A stretch of 64,000 nt of DNA from Macrostomum lignano. Lineage: Eukaryota. Position numbers and translations under genes: made by a program. Positions 48,081 to 61,151 of the stretch are shown one piece after another. The stretch lies in contig NIVC01001895.1 in assembly GCA_002269645.1 (NCBI GenBank), forward strand, positions 122,772 to 186,771, written 5' to 3'. The notes under the pieces are model-generated. The model ran no database searches, was not told the DNA's origin, and saw only the letters and a list, made by a program, of their open reading frames with translations. Every line of letters begins with the position of its first letter. Positions within the stretch are counted from its first letter, which is position 1.

Positions 48081-48347
48081 CCCTATTGCAGCCAAGGTCT
48101 GAACTGCGCCGGACGCCCCCCTTTCCCGCGCCAGACATCTACCCGTACTGCGCCAGGGCCAGTCCCCAGGATCAGTGATTTGGTTCAATTAGTCAGTCAA
48201 TGGCTCGCCGCGCGCCGCGTGCCGCCGCCACACGTCACGCCACCGCGCGCCGCCGCCACGCGCCGCGCCGCCGCCGCGTGCCACGCCGCCGCCAGGCCAA
48301 TCCGCGCCGGACGCCGTCCACGAAAATGGCCATTGGCTGCAATAGGG
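48081..48347. mobile_element. MITE with 15-bp TIRs and 8-bp TSD
   Basis: TIR CCCTATTGCAGCCAA / TTGGCTGCAATAGGG, TSD TCCACGGT (48073-80, 48348-55), GC-rich core. Confidence 0.9.
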
Positions 48348-51007
48348 TCCACGGTTCGGATCGTGTAGTAGTGTACACCAGAACAAGAATCCTATCTCAG
48401 CTAAATGTATGCCAGTGTATGCCAAAAACAAAAAAAATTCCCTAATATGTATGCCAAAAATTCCTCCTAAAAAGTCATTTGGTTTTCACGAGTAGAGTTT
48501 TCTAAGAAAGGCTTTCGTACAAAAATTCTTTCAAATATTACAAATATTTTCATTTTAAACAAACTTAAATTAAACCTACCAAAAAAAGAATGCAAAATTT
48601 ACATTCTTAGCAATAATTTACACAAGTTTTATTCATTGTTAATTTTAAAAAAGCTAAAAGTTTATCACTCACTTTCTAGACTATATAAATTTTCCTTCAT
48701 TTTATGTAAAAACTAAAAAGGGTTAATTAAAATTACAATTTTTATACACAGCATGAATTTATTCACCAAAATTGGTATGCCAAAAATTTCTTGAGCTCAA
48801 AGTGGTATGCCAAAGTGGTACGCCAAAATAGCCAAACTTTTCAATGGTACGCCAGAAAATTCCTGTTTACATGTAATAACCTTCCTGAGTATGGCCCCCT
48901 ATCTATTACACAAGGGAAAAAGAATTTAAAACATGAGTTAAAGCAAAAAATGCTAAAGAAATGCTTATCTATTAGGCCTATAGTCTTATATTTTAGGCCT
49001 ATTATAGACTTTTTAGGCTTAGTTAGCCTACAAAGGTTTTGGAAATTCTAGCTATATTAATTTTTTTATTAATAGAGATTGGTGATAAAGGTTACCCTAT
49101 TGAAATAAGTTTCAAAAACCTGCGGACATGCAACACAGGTGCCAAAATTATGTCCTCAAAAGCGCGACGCAATACCAAATTTTGTTGACTAGGGGCAGCG
49201 ACACGCAACACAACACCAATGTCCGTTGACCAAATGACCGGGGGGGACACCACAGCAGCCACATTGCAATTGACAATTCCCATTCTGCCATTCATTCCCA
49301 ACACTGAGACCATAAGGCAAGGGACAAGAGTATTCCTTTCAATTTTGCGAAAAAAGAAATGAAATTTAAAAATAATAAACAGTAAAATAACAAAGGTACA
49401 ACACTTAGAAAAATAGTGCATGCATTGTAACTAACAAATAACATTTCTAAAAATTATATTTGAAGTATTAGTTACTTTATCATCAAAATAAAAAAGAACA
49501 ATTCAAGAACTAGTTATTATCAAACATGTTTGAAACATTTAAATACTGAGAAACAACTGTGAACATATTATAATGAAACATAGTTTGCGAGGTTTTGGCT
49601 ACAGATCCAGGCCGCAAGGTGACACATGATGATGCCAGCCACCAAGTTGCCATACTGTCACGTCGCACAACGCGATGGTTTCCACAGTGTTGTGCCACGT
49701 GACATACCACTTGACACCACTGTTGCGCAACATGACACCAAGAGAATCCAAAAATGCGACAGACAGTCGTCCGCCTTTTGTCAACTTTTCCAATAGGGAA
49801 AGGTTAAAAAGTGATATATTAAGCATAGTAATTTGTTAAGTAAATTAAATTTGTATCAAAAATATTAAGTCTAGTAGAAAAACTTAGTTTTTTTACAAAA
49901 ATGATCATAGCACCTAATAGACAAAATGCATAATAAGAATGTTTAAAGATATGAAAATTTTTAATATTTTTTTTATGTCTTGACTAATTTTTGAAAGGTG
50001 TCTTTACTCATGCTAATAAGATCCATCAAATAGAATAAAAATACTAAAAAAGATTTTATCATTGCACTAGAACCTATAATGTAAGATATAATTATAAGTT
50101 TCAACTTTTTAAAACTTAATTTGCATAATCCTTAATGTCTAACTTATATCTTATTTGCATTTTATTTGTTTATATAATGTACATATGCAAAGTATGAACC
50201 TCTTGAATAATAAGCATATTATTATTTCAAAAACATTTTTAATTTATAGATTAGCCCAATACCAATGCTGCTAAATTAGTAATTGTAATGAAAGTACAAT
50301 GTAAATTATTTAGTTTTAGTAGTATATCTAATCTAAAAGAGTAGCATAAGGGTAGCCAACATAAAATTTTTGCTTTCAAAATTCTTTTGTAAATTTTCAT
50401 ATAACCTAAACATATATTTTTTAAAATTAATTGGTTATACTTTTAAAGACTTAATAATGATTTATATAATGGCAATAGTTATTTTATCATTTACTAGAAT
50501 ATGATAATGAAGTAGAGCAATTGCTCATTACCAGGTCCTATTTATTTATTATGCAAAAATAGCCAAGACTATTCATCTTGACTTTAGTTCCTATCAACCT
50601 ATCCTGTACACCTATTGTACACATAGCTTTATAGCTGACAAAATGCAATCATTTCTACTTTCTCAACCATAAAGTCAAAGGCTATAAATTGCTTCCAATG
50701 ATTCTTTCAAGCCTTGAAGTCATAGTTATTGTGTGGCCATAGTTATGTCTACATTTCTTGCCTAAAAAACCTCCATATCTATCCATCTGTCCAAAGAATC
50801 CATAGCCCAACTCTACCATTAATATTTCTTCAACATCAATTTCAAATCAAGAAGTCATTTTATTCGAGAGTCTAGAGAGTCTGTAAAACAGGATTTAGAT
50901 GTTTAAATGCGAGGATTGTGTAAAAGTAGTATAGTAGGAAAGTAGCATTATTTTAGTCCAGTATGACAAAAAAACAGTTCCAAATTTCATGCCTAAGCTG
51001 TATAGCA

Positions 51008-54000
51008 ATGTCCACTGATCCATTCGGCGTTGACTTTGCCGAACTGACTGGCGCCTACGGCGGTAGCTCGGCTGAACCCGGTGGCACCTCTGCCACCGCC
51101 AGTGCGCCATCGAAACGCCGACGTCTGGACTCTGAGGAAGCTGGCGCCGCGTCAGCAGATTTGAGCAGAGCCGAACGCTTGCTGCAGCAGTTCACCGCAT
51201 CGACTGCTGCTGTCAAGTCGGAGCAGTCGGCTGTCAGTCAGAATGCTGCTGAAGACTCCGCTGCGGTAGGTAGCGAAGATCCAGCAGCCAACGATGATGG
51301 TGAAGAGCAGCCGCAGGTGGTGGTGCACAAAATCCAGACTCAATCGGTCGACTGCACCCACGAAGTGGTGGTTCCGCCTGGCATTGAGTACGACCCGGCT
51401 AAACGGCCCGCGGAGTCAAAAACTCCAGCCAAGACTTATAAATTCAAATTGGACTCATTTCAACGCGAGGCCATCACTTGCATTGAGCTGGGCCAATCTG
51501 TGCTGGTGTCGGCGCATACTTCGGCGGGAAAAACGGTGAGGGGTGTTTTGTTGAAATCTGTAATTTCCTCCTTCTAAAATCTGGAGATTTACTAGAATGC
51601 GGACATTCTCTTATTGAATTCGGGGATTCCCTTCTCCAACCACGGGATTCCTTCTAGAATCTGGGGATTCCCTTCTAGAACCCTGGGATTACCTTCTAGA
51701 ACCCCGGGATTCCCTTCTAGAACCCTGGGATTACCTTCTAGAACCCCGGGATTACCTTCTAGACATCCGCGAATTCCCCTTTAGAACCCGGGAATTCCAT
51801 TCTAGAATCAGGGGATTCCTTTCTAGAACCTCAAGATTCCCTTCTAGAATCCAGGAATTTCCTTCTAGAAACCAAGGATTTCCTTCTAAAACTTAGGAAT
51901 TCCCTTATAGAATCCGGGGATTCCCTTCCAGAACTCAGGGATTCCTTTTTAGAATCCCCTTTTTGGATCCAGGGATTCCCTTCTAGAACCCGGAATTCCT
52001 TTAAATCCGGAGACTCCCTTCAGGAAATCCAGGGATTCCCTTCCAAGAATCCGGGGATGCCCTCCTAGAATTCGGGGATTCCTTTCTAGAATTATGGTAT
52101 TCCCTTCTGAAAATCCAGGGATGCCCTAGAATTCTGAGATTCGCTTCTAAAACCCAGATATTCCCTGATAGAATCTGGGGATTCCCTTCTGGAAATCCAG
52201 GGATGCCATAGAATTCTGGGATTCCTTTCTCTGATCCAGAAATTCTCCAATAGAATCTGAGGTTTCCCGTCTGGAAATCCGGAGATTCCCTTCTGGAATC
52301 CATGGATTTGTCATGATTCATGAAACCCCCCAATAAATTCCCCTCAAAAGGCTCTCTGACACTGAAATCTCCCTGGCACTATTAACCCGATCGCAGGTCG
52401 TGGCCGAATACGCCATAGCGCTCAGCCTTCGCGAGCGCCAGCGCGTGATCTACACCACCCCCATCAAAGCGCTTAGCAACCAGAAGTATCGAGAATTCTT
52501 TGACGAATTTCACGACGTTGGCCTGATGACTGGCGATGTGACTATTAATCCCAACGCTTCATGCCTCATCATGACTACGGAGATTCTGCGCTCCATGCTT
52601 TACAGAGGCTCAGAGGTTATGCGCGAAGTTGGCTGGGTTGTGTTCGACGAGATTCACTACATGCGCGACTCCGAGAGGGGTGTGGTAAGTAGGCTGGGGT
52701 GTTCTTGGCACCTGAGTACCTGAGCAGACAAGGTTTACTCACTCTAGTATCTGAGCAGACAGCTTTACTCACTATGGTACCTGAGCAGACAGGTTTACTC
52801 ACTCTGGTACCTGAGCAGACAGCTTTACTCACTCTAGTACCTGAGCAGACAGCTTTACTCACTCTAGTACCTGAGCAGACAGCTTTACTCACTCTAGTAC
52901 CTGAGCAGACAGCTTTACTCACTCTAGTACCTGAGCAGACAAGGTTTACTCACTCTAGTACCTGAGCAGACAGCTTTACTCACTCTAGTACCTGAGCAGA
53001 CAGCTCTACTCACTCTAGTATCTGAGCAGACAAGGTTTAATCACTCTAGTACCTGAGCAGGCAAGGTTTACCAATGAGTCCCGCTCACTCGAATACCTGA
53101 CGCTGCCATTCTAAGAATCGCTCACCGACCCCCCACTGCGCAGGTGTGGGAGGAGACCATCATTCTGCTCCCAGACGCAGTTCACCACGTGTTTCTATCC
53201 GCCACCATCCCTAACGCTCGCCAATTTGCCGAATGGGTTTGCGCCCTGCACCGTCAGCCGTGTCACGTGGTTTACACTGACTACAGGCCGACCCCGCTGC
53301 AGCACTACATGTTCCCCTGCTGCGGCGATGGCCTCCATCTGGTTGTGGATCAGGAGGGCAATTTTCGTGAAGAGAATTTCGGCCAGGTGATGGCGTCATT
53401 AGCCAAGGCAGGAGGGAATTCCCAGTCCGATATGGCCAATCGCGGTCGTAGGGGCGGATTTAAAAGTGCAGAGACTCACTGCATGACTATAGTTAAGGTG
53501 AGAGTGCTTTGTGTACTTTTAAATATTTCTCAGTACTTTTTACACGCTTTTATTATAAAGTACTTTGTGTACTCTATACTCGAGTGATTTTACAGCTTGT
53601 AAGCGCTTATTATTTGTGTAAATTGTGGAATGTACTTTTATTTCCGCTAACCTACTGGTATTTTTACTATTTGTATATTAATCTTTCACATAGTTTTGCA
53701 TGCATTCCCTGTGATTAACCCAGGTGATCATGGAGCGCAGCCTGGAGCCGGTCATTGTTTTCAGCTTCTCCAAGAAAGAATGCGAGATCTACGCCCTGCA
53801 GATGGCCAAGCTGGATTTTAACACGGCTCAGGAGAAGGCCTTGGTTGAGGAGGTGTTTAATAACGCCACAGGCGGCCTGTCTGAGGAAGATCGCAAGCTG
53901 CCGCAGGTGGAGTCTGTGCTGCCTCTGCTCAGAAAGGGCATCGGCATTCACCACGGCGGCCTGCTGCCTCTGCTCAAGGAGACTATCGAGATTCTGTTTC

Positions 54001-57000
54001 ACGAGGGCCTCATCAAATGCCTGTTTGCCACAGAGACATTCGCTATGGGGCTGAATATGCCGGCTAGGACTGTGCTGTTCACCTCGGCTAGGAAGTTCGA
54101 TGGTGGGTGTTGGATTGATTTGTGTCTGCTGTGTCTGTCTGTATCTACCGGTGTGTAATCCTGTGTCTGTTCTCTGTCTGCCGTGTCTGTTCTATGTCTG
54201 TTCTGTGTGTCTTCTTGTGTCTGTTCCGTGTGTCTTCTTGTGTCTGTCCCGTGTGTCTTCCTGTGTCTGTCCCGTGTGTCTTCTTGTGTCTGTCCCGTGT
54301 GTCTTCCTGTGTCTGTCCCGTGTGTCTTCTTGTGTCTGTCCCGTGTGTCTTCCTGTGTCTGTCCCGTGTGTCTTCCTGTGTCTGTCCCGTGTGTCTTCCT
54401 GTGTCTTCCTGTTTCTGTTCTTTGTCTGTTCTGTGTGCCTTTTTGTGTCTTCTTGTGTCTGTCCCGTGTGTCTTCTTGTGTCTGTCCCGTGTGTCTTCTT
54501 GTGTCTGTCCCGTGTGTCTTCCTGTGTCTGCTCTGTGTGTCTTCCTGTGTCTGTTCTGTGTGTCTGTCTGTTCTGTGTGTCTGTCTGTCTCCTCAATCGC
54601 AGCCATTGCCAGATATCATCTTGGCATTACTCTCCTGTCTGCCAGCTAGCCTACAATCCCACTCTTCTCTCTCCCCGTCAGGCAAGAACTATCGCTGGAT
54701 CAGCAGCGGCGAGTACATCCAGATGTCCGGCCGCGCCGGGCGCCGCGGTCTTGACGATCAGGGCACCGTCATTCTCATGGTGGACGAGACCATGGGCCAC
54801 GCCACGGCCAAGAACATCATCAAGGGCAGCCCGGACCCGCTGAACTCGGCATTCCACCTCACCTACAATATGATTCTGAACCTGCTGAGAGTGGAGGACA
54901 TCAATCCGGAGTACATGCTGGAGCGGAGTTTTCACCAGTTTCAAAACTACGCCAGCATTCCGCAGCTGCTGCAGAGGATTCGCGAACTCCGCTCTGGCAT
55001 CGCAGAGTGTCGAGTTGAGGACGAGGAGGGCGTCGCATCTTATCAGCAGATCCGGCAGCACCTGAAATCCCTCAATGAGCAGATGTGGGCGGTTATTAGG
55101 CAGCCAAAGTACATACTGGCCTTTCTACAGGTATATAAGTATTCTGCTCCAACCATCCTATCCTCTATCAATCTATTCTATCCTATCCATTCTATCCTAT
55201 CCATTCTATCCTATCCATTCTATCCTATCCATTCTATCATATCCATTCTATCCTATCCATTCTATCCTATCCATTCTATCCTATCCATTCTATCCTCTAT
55301 CAATCTATTCTATCCTCCATCTATTCTATCTATCCATTATATCCTCTCAATCCATTCTATCCTATCCATTCTATACAATCCAATCAATCCTATCAATCCA
55401 TTCTATCCTATCCATTCTATCCTCTATCAATCTATTCTATCCTATCCATTCTATCCTCTATCAATCTATTCTATCCTCCATCTATTCTATCTATCCATTA
55501 TATCCTCTCAATCCATTCTATCCTATCCATTCTATCCAATCCAATCAATCCTATCAATCCATTCTATCCTATCCATTCTATCCTATCCATTCTATCCTAT
55601 CCATTCTATCCTATCCATTCTATCCTATCCATTCTATCCTCTATCAGTCTATTCTATCCTCCATCTATTCTATCTATCCATTATATCCTCTCAATCCATT
55701 CTATCCTATCCATTCTATACAATCCAATCAATCCTATCAATCCATTCTATCCTATCCATTCTATCCTCTATCAATCTATTCTATCCTATCCATTCTATCC
55801 TCTATCAATCTATTCTATCCTCCATCTATTCTATCTAACCATTATATCCTCTCAATCCATTCTATCCTATCCATTCTATCCAATCCAATCAATCCATTCT
55901 ATCCTATCCATTCTATCCAATCCAATCAATCCATTCTATCCTATCCATTCTATCCTATCCATTCTATCCTATCCATTCTATTCTCTATCAATCCTCCATC
56001 TATTCTATCTATCCATTGTATCCTATCAATCTATTCTATCCTATCCATTCTATCCAATCCATTCTATCCAATCCATTCTATCCAATCCATTCTATCCTAT
56101 CCATCCTATCAATCTATTCTATCCTATCCATTCTGCTCTATCCATTCTTTCCTATCAATCCATTCTATCCTATCCATTTTATCCTTTCTATCTTATCCAT
56201 TCTGCTCTTTCCATTCTATCCTATCAATCTATTCTATCCTATCCATTTTATCCTATCAATTCTATCCTTCCATTCTATCAATCCATTCTATCCTCATTCT
56301 TTCCTACCCATTCTAATCTTATCCCCATGTTATCCATGTTATCCCCAAATGTTATCCCCACTAATTTACACAGTTCGCTGACAAATTATACTACTCAGCT
56401 ATTCAATTCTAAGTAGCAATCTAAGCGCATATTTCGCAACAAACTTTGCGCAGGAAGGTCGCTTAGTCCAGGTGCGCACTGATCAGCACGACTTCGGCTG
56501 GGGCGTGGTTGTGGGCGTCAGCAAGAAGCAGCACGACAATCGGGTGCTCAATCCTGAGCCCTACTACGTTGTTGACGCGCTGCTGCGCGTGGCGCCAAAC
56601 TCGGCGCGCGAGAAACACGTTTCGCTAATTCGGCCGGCGCCTGAGGGAGAGCCCTGCGATTTTGAGGTATTTTTGGCAAAGTTTTATTTTCAGTAGCAGT
56701 TTTGGGCACCAAAAAATTGCCTTTTTGCTCGCCTGAAGAATCGCCCCTGACTTACCTGTAGAATAACCCCTGACTCACCTGAAGAATCGCCCATGACTCG
56801 CCTAAAGAATCACCCCTGACTCACCTGAAGAATCGCCCCTAACTCACCTGAAGTATCACCCCTGACTCACCTGAAGAATCGCCCCTGACTCACCTAAAGA
56901 ATCGCCCCTGACTCACCTGAAGAATCGCCCCTGACTCACCTGAAGAATCGCCCCTGACTCACCTGAAGAATCGCCCCTGACTCACCTGAAGAATCGTCCC

Positions 57001-59194
57001 TGACTCACCTGAAGAATCGCCCCTGACTCACCTAAAGAATCGCCCCTGACTCACCTGAAGAATCGCCCCTGACTCACCTGAAGAATCGCCCCTCACTCAC
57101 CTGAAGAATCGCCCCTCACTCACCTGAAGAATCGCCCCTGACTCACCTGAAGAATCGCCCCTGACTCACCTGAAGAATCGCCCCTGACTCACCTGAAGAA
57201 TCGCCCCTGACTCACCTAAATAATTGCCCTTGACCCACCTGACTTGACGTCACCAAATTGCCCCTAAATCTAAAAAGTCACCCTCCCCCGCAGGTGGTCC
57301 CCATCAAGCTGGAGCTGCTTTACGGTATCAGCGCAGTCCGCCTTCACGTGCCCACCGACCTCCGACTCGAAGTGAACCGCCGCGCCGTCCTGCAGTCAGT
57401 TGGCGCCGTCTTCCAGCACTTCAAGACCGGCCCGCCTCCGCTGGACCCGTTGAAAGATATGAAAATTCGCGAGGAGAAATTCGCCGATCTGGTTGCTAAG
57501 CGAGACGCCTTCAACGAGCGTTTAGAAAATCACTGGCTAGCAGACAGTGACCGGCTGCCGAAACTGCTGGAGCAGCTGGAGGCCAAGTCGGCTCTGCAGG
57601 CTCAGCTGACTGAGGCTCAGTCTGAGCTGGCCCAGCGCCGGGCCCTGCTGCAGTTGGAGGAGCTGAAGTGTCGCAAACGGGTGCTCAGGCGGCTGGGATT
57701 CGCCACACAGTCGGACATTATCGAGCTGAAAGGTCGAGTAGCCTGCGAGATCGATTCCGCTGATGAGCTGGTGCTCACCGAGTTGCTGTTCAGTGGAGCT
57801 CTTAACGATTTGACTGCTCAGCAGGTGAGACTTATAACAGCATTTTGAGCACCCTTTCGGTACTCTCTGGAGTGTGAGTACACCCTGCACCCTGTTCACC
57901 GCAATTTCATGTGCTCTGTACACCCTTCACTTTGTACTCTGTGAAAAATGTATATTACCAAGCAGTATGTGTAACTGGGTCATGTACACCCTGTGTCATG
58001 TACACCCAATATCATGTGCACCTAAAATCATGTGCACCCAGAATCATGTACACCCAGAATCATGTGCACCTAAAATCATGTGCACCCAGAATCATGTACA
58101 CCCATAATCATGTACACCCAGAATCATGTACACTCAGAATAATGTGCACTCAGAATCATGTGCACCCAGAATCATGTGCACCCAGAATCATGTGCACCCA
58201 GAATCATGTACACCCAGAATCATGTGCACCCAAAATCATGTACACCCAGAATCATGTGCACCCAGAATCATGTACACCCAGAATCATGTGCACCCAAAAT
58301 CATGTACACCCAGAATCATGTGCACCCAGAATCATGTGCACCCAGAATCATGTACACTCAGAATAATGTGCACTCAGAATCATGTGCACCCAGAATCATG
58401 TACACCTAGAATCATGTACACCCAGAATCATGTACACCCAGAATCATGTGCACCCAAAATCATGTACACCCAGAATCATGTGCACCCAGAATCATGTACA
58501 CCCAGAATCATGTGCACCCAAAATCATGTACACCCAGAATCATGTGCACCCAGAATTATGTACACCCAGAATCGTGTACACCCAGAATCATGTACACCCA
58601 GAATCATGTACACCCAGAATCATGTGACCCAGAATCATGTAAACCCAGAATCATGTGCACCCAAAATCATGTACACCCAGAATCATGTACACCCAGAATC
58701 ATGTACACCCAGAATCATGTACACCCAGAATCATGTGCACCCAGAATCATGTGCACCCTACAAACTCCCAACCGCAGGTCGCAGCCCTGCTATCGTGCTT
58801 CATCTTCGAGGAAAAGGCCTCAGAGCTGCCGGACCTGTCAGAGGAGCTGGCCGTGCCGCTGCGAGCTCTGCAGGACACGGCCAGGCGGGTGGCTCGAGTG
58901 TCTACCGAGTGCAAGGTGCCGCTAGACGAGGAGGCCTACTGCGAGTCGTTCAAGCCGCACATGATGGACATTGTGGCCGCCTGGAGTTCCGGCGCTTCGT
59001 TTGCCAAGATCTGCTCAAAAACTGACATATTCGAGGGCTCAATAATTCGATGCATGCGTCGGCTGGAGGAGCTGCTCAGGCAGATGTGCAACGCTGCCAA
59101 AGCCATCGGAAATGCTGAGTTGGAGAATAAATTCGCGGAAGCAATCGTGTCAATTAAAAGGGACATTGTGTTTGCGGCCAGCTTGTATCTCTAA
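51008..59194 (+). CDS. MTREX: Exosome RNA helicase MTR4 (MTREX/SKIV2L2), 8 exons, ~1052 aa
   Basis: Exons 51008-51535, 52397-52684, 53144-53497, 53724-54102, 54682-55130, 56454-56666, 57294-57824, 58778-59194, with consistent phases. Motifs [51 protein letters not shown]/arch GRLV...FGWG, and C-terminal [13 protein letters not shown]. Confidence 0.97.
51620..52300. repeat. Degenerate ~21-bp minisatellite GGGATTCCCTTCTAGAACCCC (MTR4 intron 1)
   Basis: Tandem degenerate copies. Confidence 0.85.
52708..53065. repeat. 30-bp minisatellite CTGAGCAGACAGCTTTACTCACTCTAGTAC (MTR4 intron 2)
   Basis: About 12 copies. Confidence 0.92.
54120..54590. repeat. 23-bp minisatellite GTGTGTCTTCTTGTGTCTGTCCC (MTR4 intron 4)
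   Basis: Tandem copies with degenerate edges. Confidence 0.9.
55150..56345. repeat. 14-bp-based minisatellite CTATCCTATCCATT with higher-order blocks (MTR4 intron 5)
   Basis: About 1.2 kb of nearly G-free repeats. Confidence 0.93.
56725..57245. repeat. 23-bp minisatellite CCCCTGACTCACCTGAAGAATCG (MTR4 intron 6)
   Basis: About 22 copies. Confidence 0.95.
57985..58760. repeat. 16-bp minisatellite CACCCAGAATCATGT(G/A) (MTR4 intron 7)
   Basis: About 48 copies. Confidence 0.95.
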
Positions 59195-59329
59195 GTGCAA
59201 GCTGATATGGACCGCATTATTTCATTAAATATGTTTCTAAGAATAACATTTATCCTATTCCGTTCTCAATGATGTAATACTGCTCATTTCTAAGAATCAC
59301 AGTCACGTCTGTTTCTAAGAATTCGTTCC

Positions 59330-59885
59330 GGTCTCTTTCTAAGAATCACAATCCAACCAATTTCTAAGAATCGGAATCCAACCAATTTCTAAGAATCACA
59401 ATCCAACCAATTTCTAAGAATCGCAATCCAACCATAGAATCGCAATCCAACCAATTTCTAAGAATCGCAATCCAACCATAGAATCGCAATCCAACCAATT
59501 TCTAAGAATCGCAATCCAACCAATTTCTAAGAATCACAATCCAATCCATTTCTAAGAATCACAATCCAACCAATTTCTAAGAATCGGAATCCAACCAATT
59601 TCTAAGAATCGCAATCCAACCAATTTCTAAGAATCGCAATCCAACCAATTTCTAAGAATCGGAATCCAACCAATTTCTAAGAATCACAATCCAACCAATT
59701 TCTAAGAATCGCAATCCAACCAATTTCTAAGAATCGGAATCCAACCAATTTCTAAGAATCACAATCCAACCGATTTCTAAGAATCGCAATCCAACCATAG
59801 AATCGCAATCCAACCAATTTCTACGAATCGCAATCCAACCAATTTCTAAGAATCGCAATCCAATCCATTTCTAAGAATCGCAGTT
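59330..59885. repeat. 25-bp minisatellite AATTTCTAAGAATCGCAATCCAACC downstream of the MTR4 stop
   Basis: About 22 copies with degenerate flanks. Confidence 0.93.
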
Positions 59886-60343
59886 CAAACAGTTTCTTAG
59901 AATTGCAATAATTCAAATACTAAAATTATTTCTAAGAATCAAAATCGATCCCATTTCTAGGAATGAGAACTCAACCCGGTTCTAGGAATGGAAATCCCAC
60001 AGATATTTGTTATCAAACGCGTGCTTCTGTCATAAAAATATGAAATTCTATGTGTAACAATTATTAACTTTAAATTACAATTCAAACCCTTTCTGTTAAT
60101 TATTCGGTAATTCTGTAAGGATGGCTAGGCATTTTAATTTGCTTTGCATTTTTTGGCCCCAACTTGGTGTTGCTGAAAAGAAGTTAAACTAGCATAAATC
60201 TGCCGACAGCGTGTTGTTGACTTTGTGTAGAAATATAAAACAACTGTTATTGTAGACGCCATTATTGGTTATTTAAAAAGGCAGCTGCCGATACAGCGTC
60301 TTATTATGCATCTTTAATAACTTTCAAAATATGCAGCTGTGTA

Positions 60344-61000
60344 CGAGGGGCGTCCGGAAAGTAGTGTTACTATTACTCGGTGTGGACGTATGGAAAGTTG
60401 CACTTGCATGAGTTTGGTGTCATTTGAAAGTGGCAAGTCTCTTCTTTAAAATGATACCAATTGCAAGAGATTTGAATACGTGCTTCAAGAGATATGGATA
60501 ATCAAGTAGAGAAAGGTCGGTCATAGACTGACACAAGCAAAATTACAAGCGAACAACGTTAAAATCACTCATCGGTTGGCAGAGTTGTCTTCTCAACGTA
60601 GTCACCACCAGACATGACGCACTTCTCCCATCGGTCTCGCATCTTGTCGATGGCGTCTGTGTACAGAGTTCTCGGAATCTGGTGCAGCAGGACCCTCCTA
60701 ACCTCGCTCTCCAATTGATCGCGACTGTTATGGACTCAGCACAGCAACTGCAGTCTTAGTTTTCTGAGGCAGCCCCTCTCATTTGCTGCATTGAATTTGG
60801 CCATAGACAGTTTATGCATGCGAGAAAAATCGATAAAAGTTCAAGCTGAATGCTATTTTTAGCCTAAATTTTAGCTTGTGTCAGTCTATGACCGACCTTT
60901 CTTTATTTAATTATCCATATCACTTGAAGCACGTATTCAAATCTCTTGCAATTGGTGTCATTTTAAAGAAGAGACATGCCACTTTCAAATGACACCAAAC
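60344..61000 (-). mobile_element. Mariner (Tc1/mariner) deletion derivative
   Basis: TA|CGAGGGGCGTCCGGAAAGT mariner-type end at 60342-60362, and a ~130-bp inverted repeat (60412-60540 vs 60874-61000). Minus-strand 60717-60565 encodes QLESEVRRVLL...YTDAIDKMRDRWEKCVMSGGDYVEK, a mariner transposase C-terminus. The other outer TIR is missing. Confidence 0.82.
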
Positions 61001-61151
61001 ATTCAAAGTCTTCTCTATGCAAAAAGAGATTAGCAGAATAACAATATGCATAATACAAGTTGCTGACAATGTAGTGCATCTGTGCATTTTACAGCACTGA
61101 AAAGCTTTTTGCAAGAGAGAGTTGAGACGAGATTATAAAGTTGGATAGATA

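Noticed and set aside
49092-49826. Short minus-strand ORFs with moderately GC-rich patches
   Set aside because: No family motif or consistent exon chain could be built.
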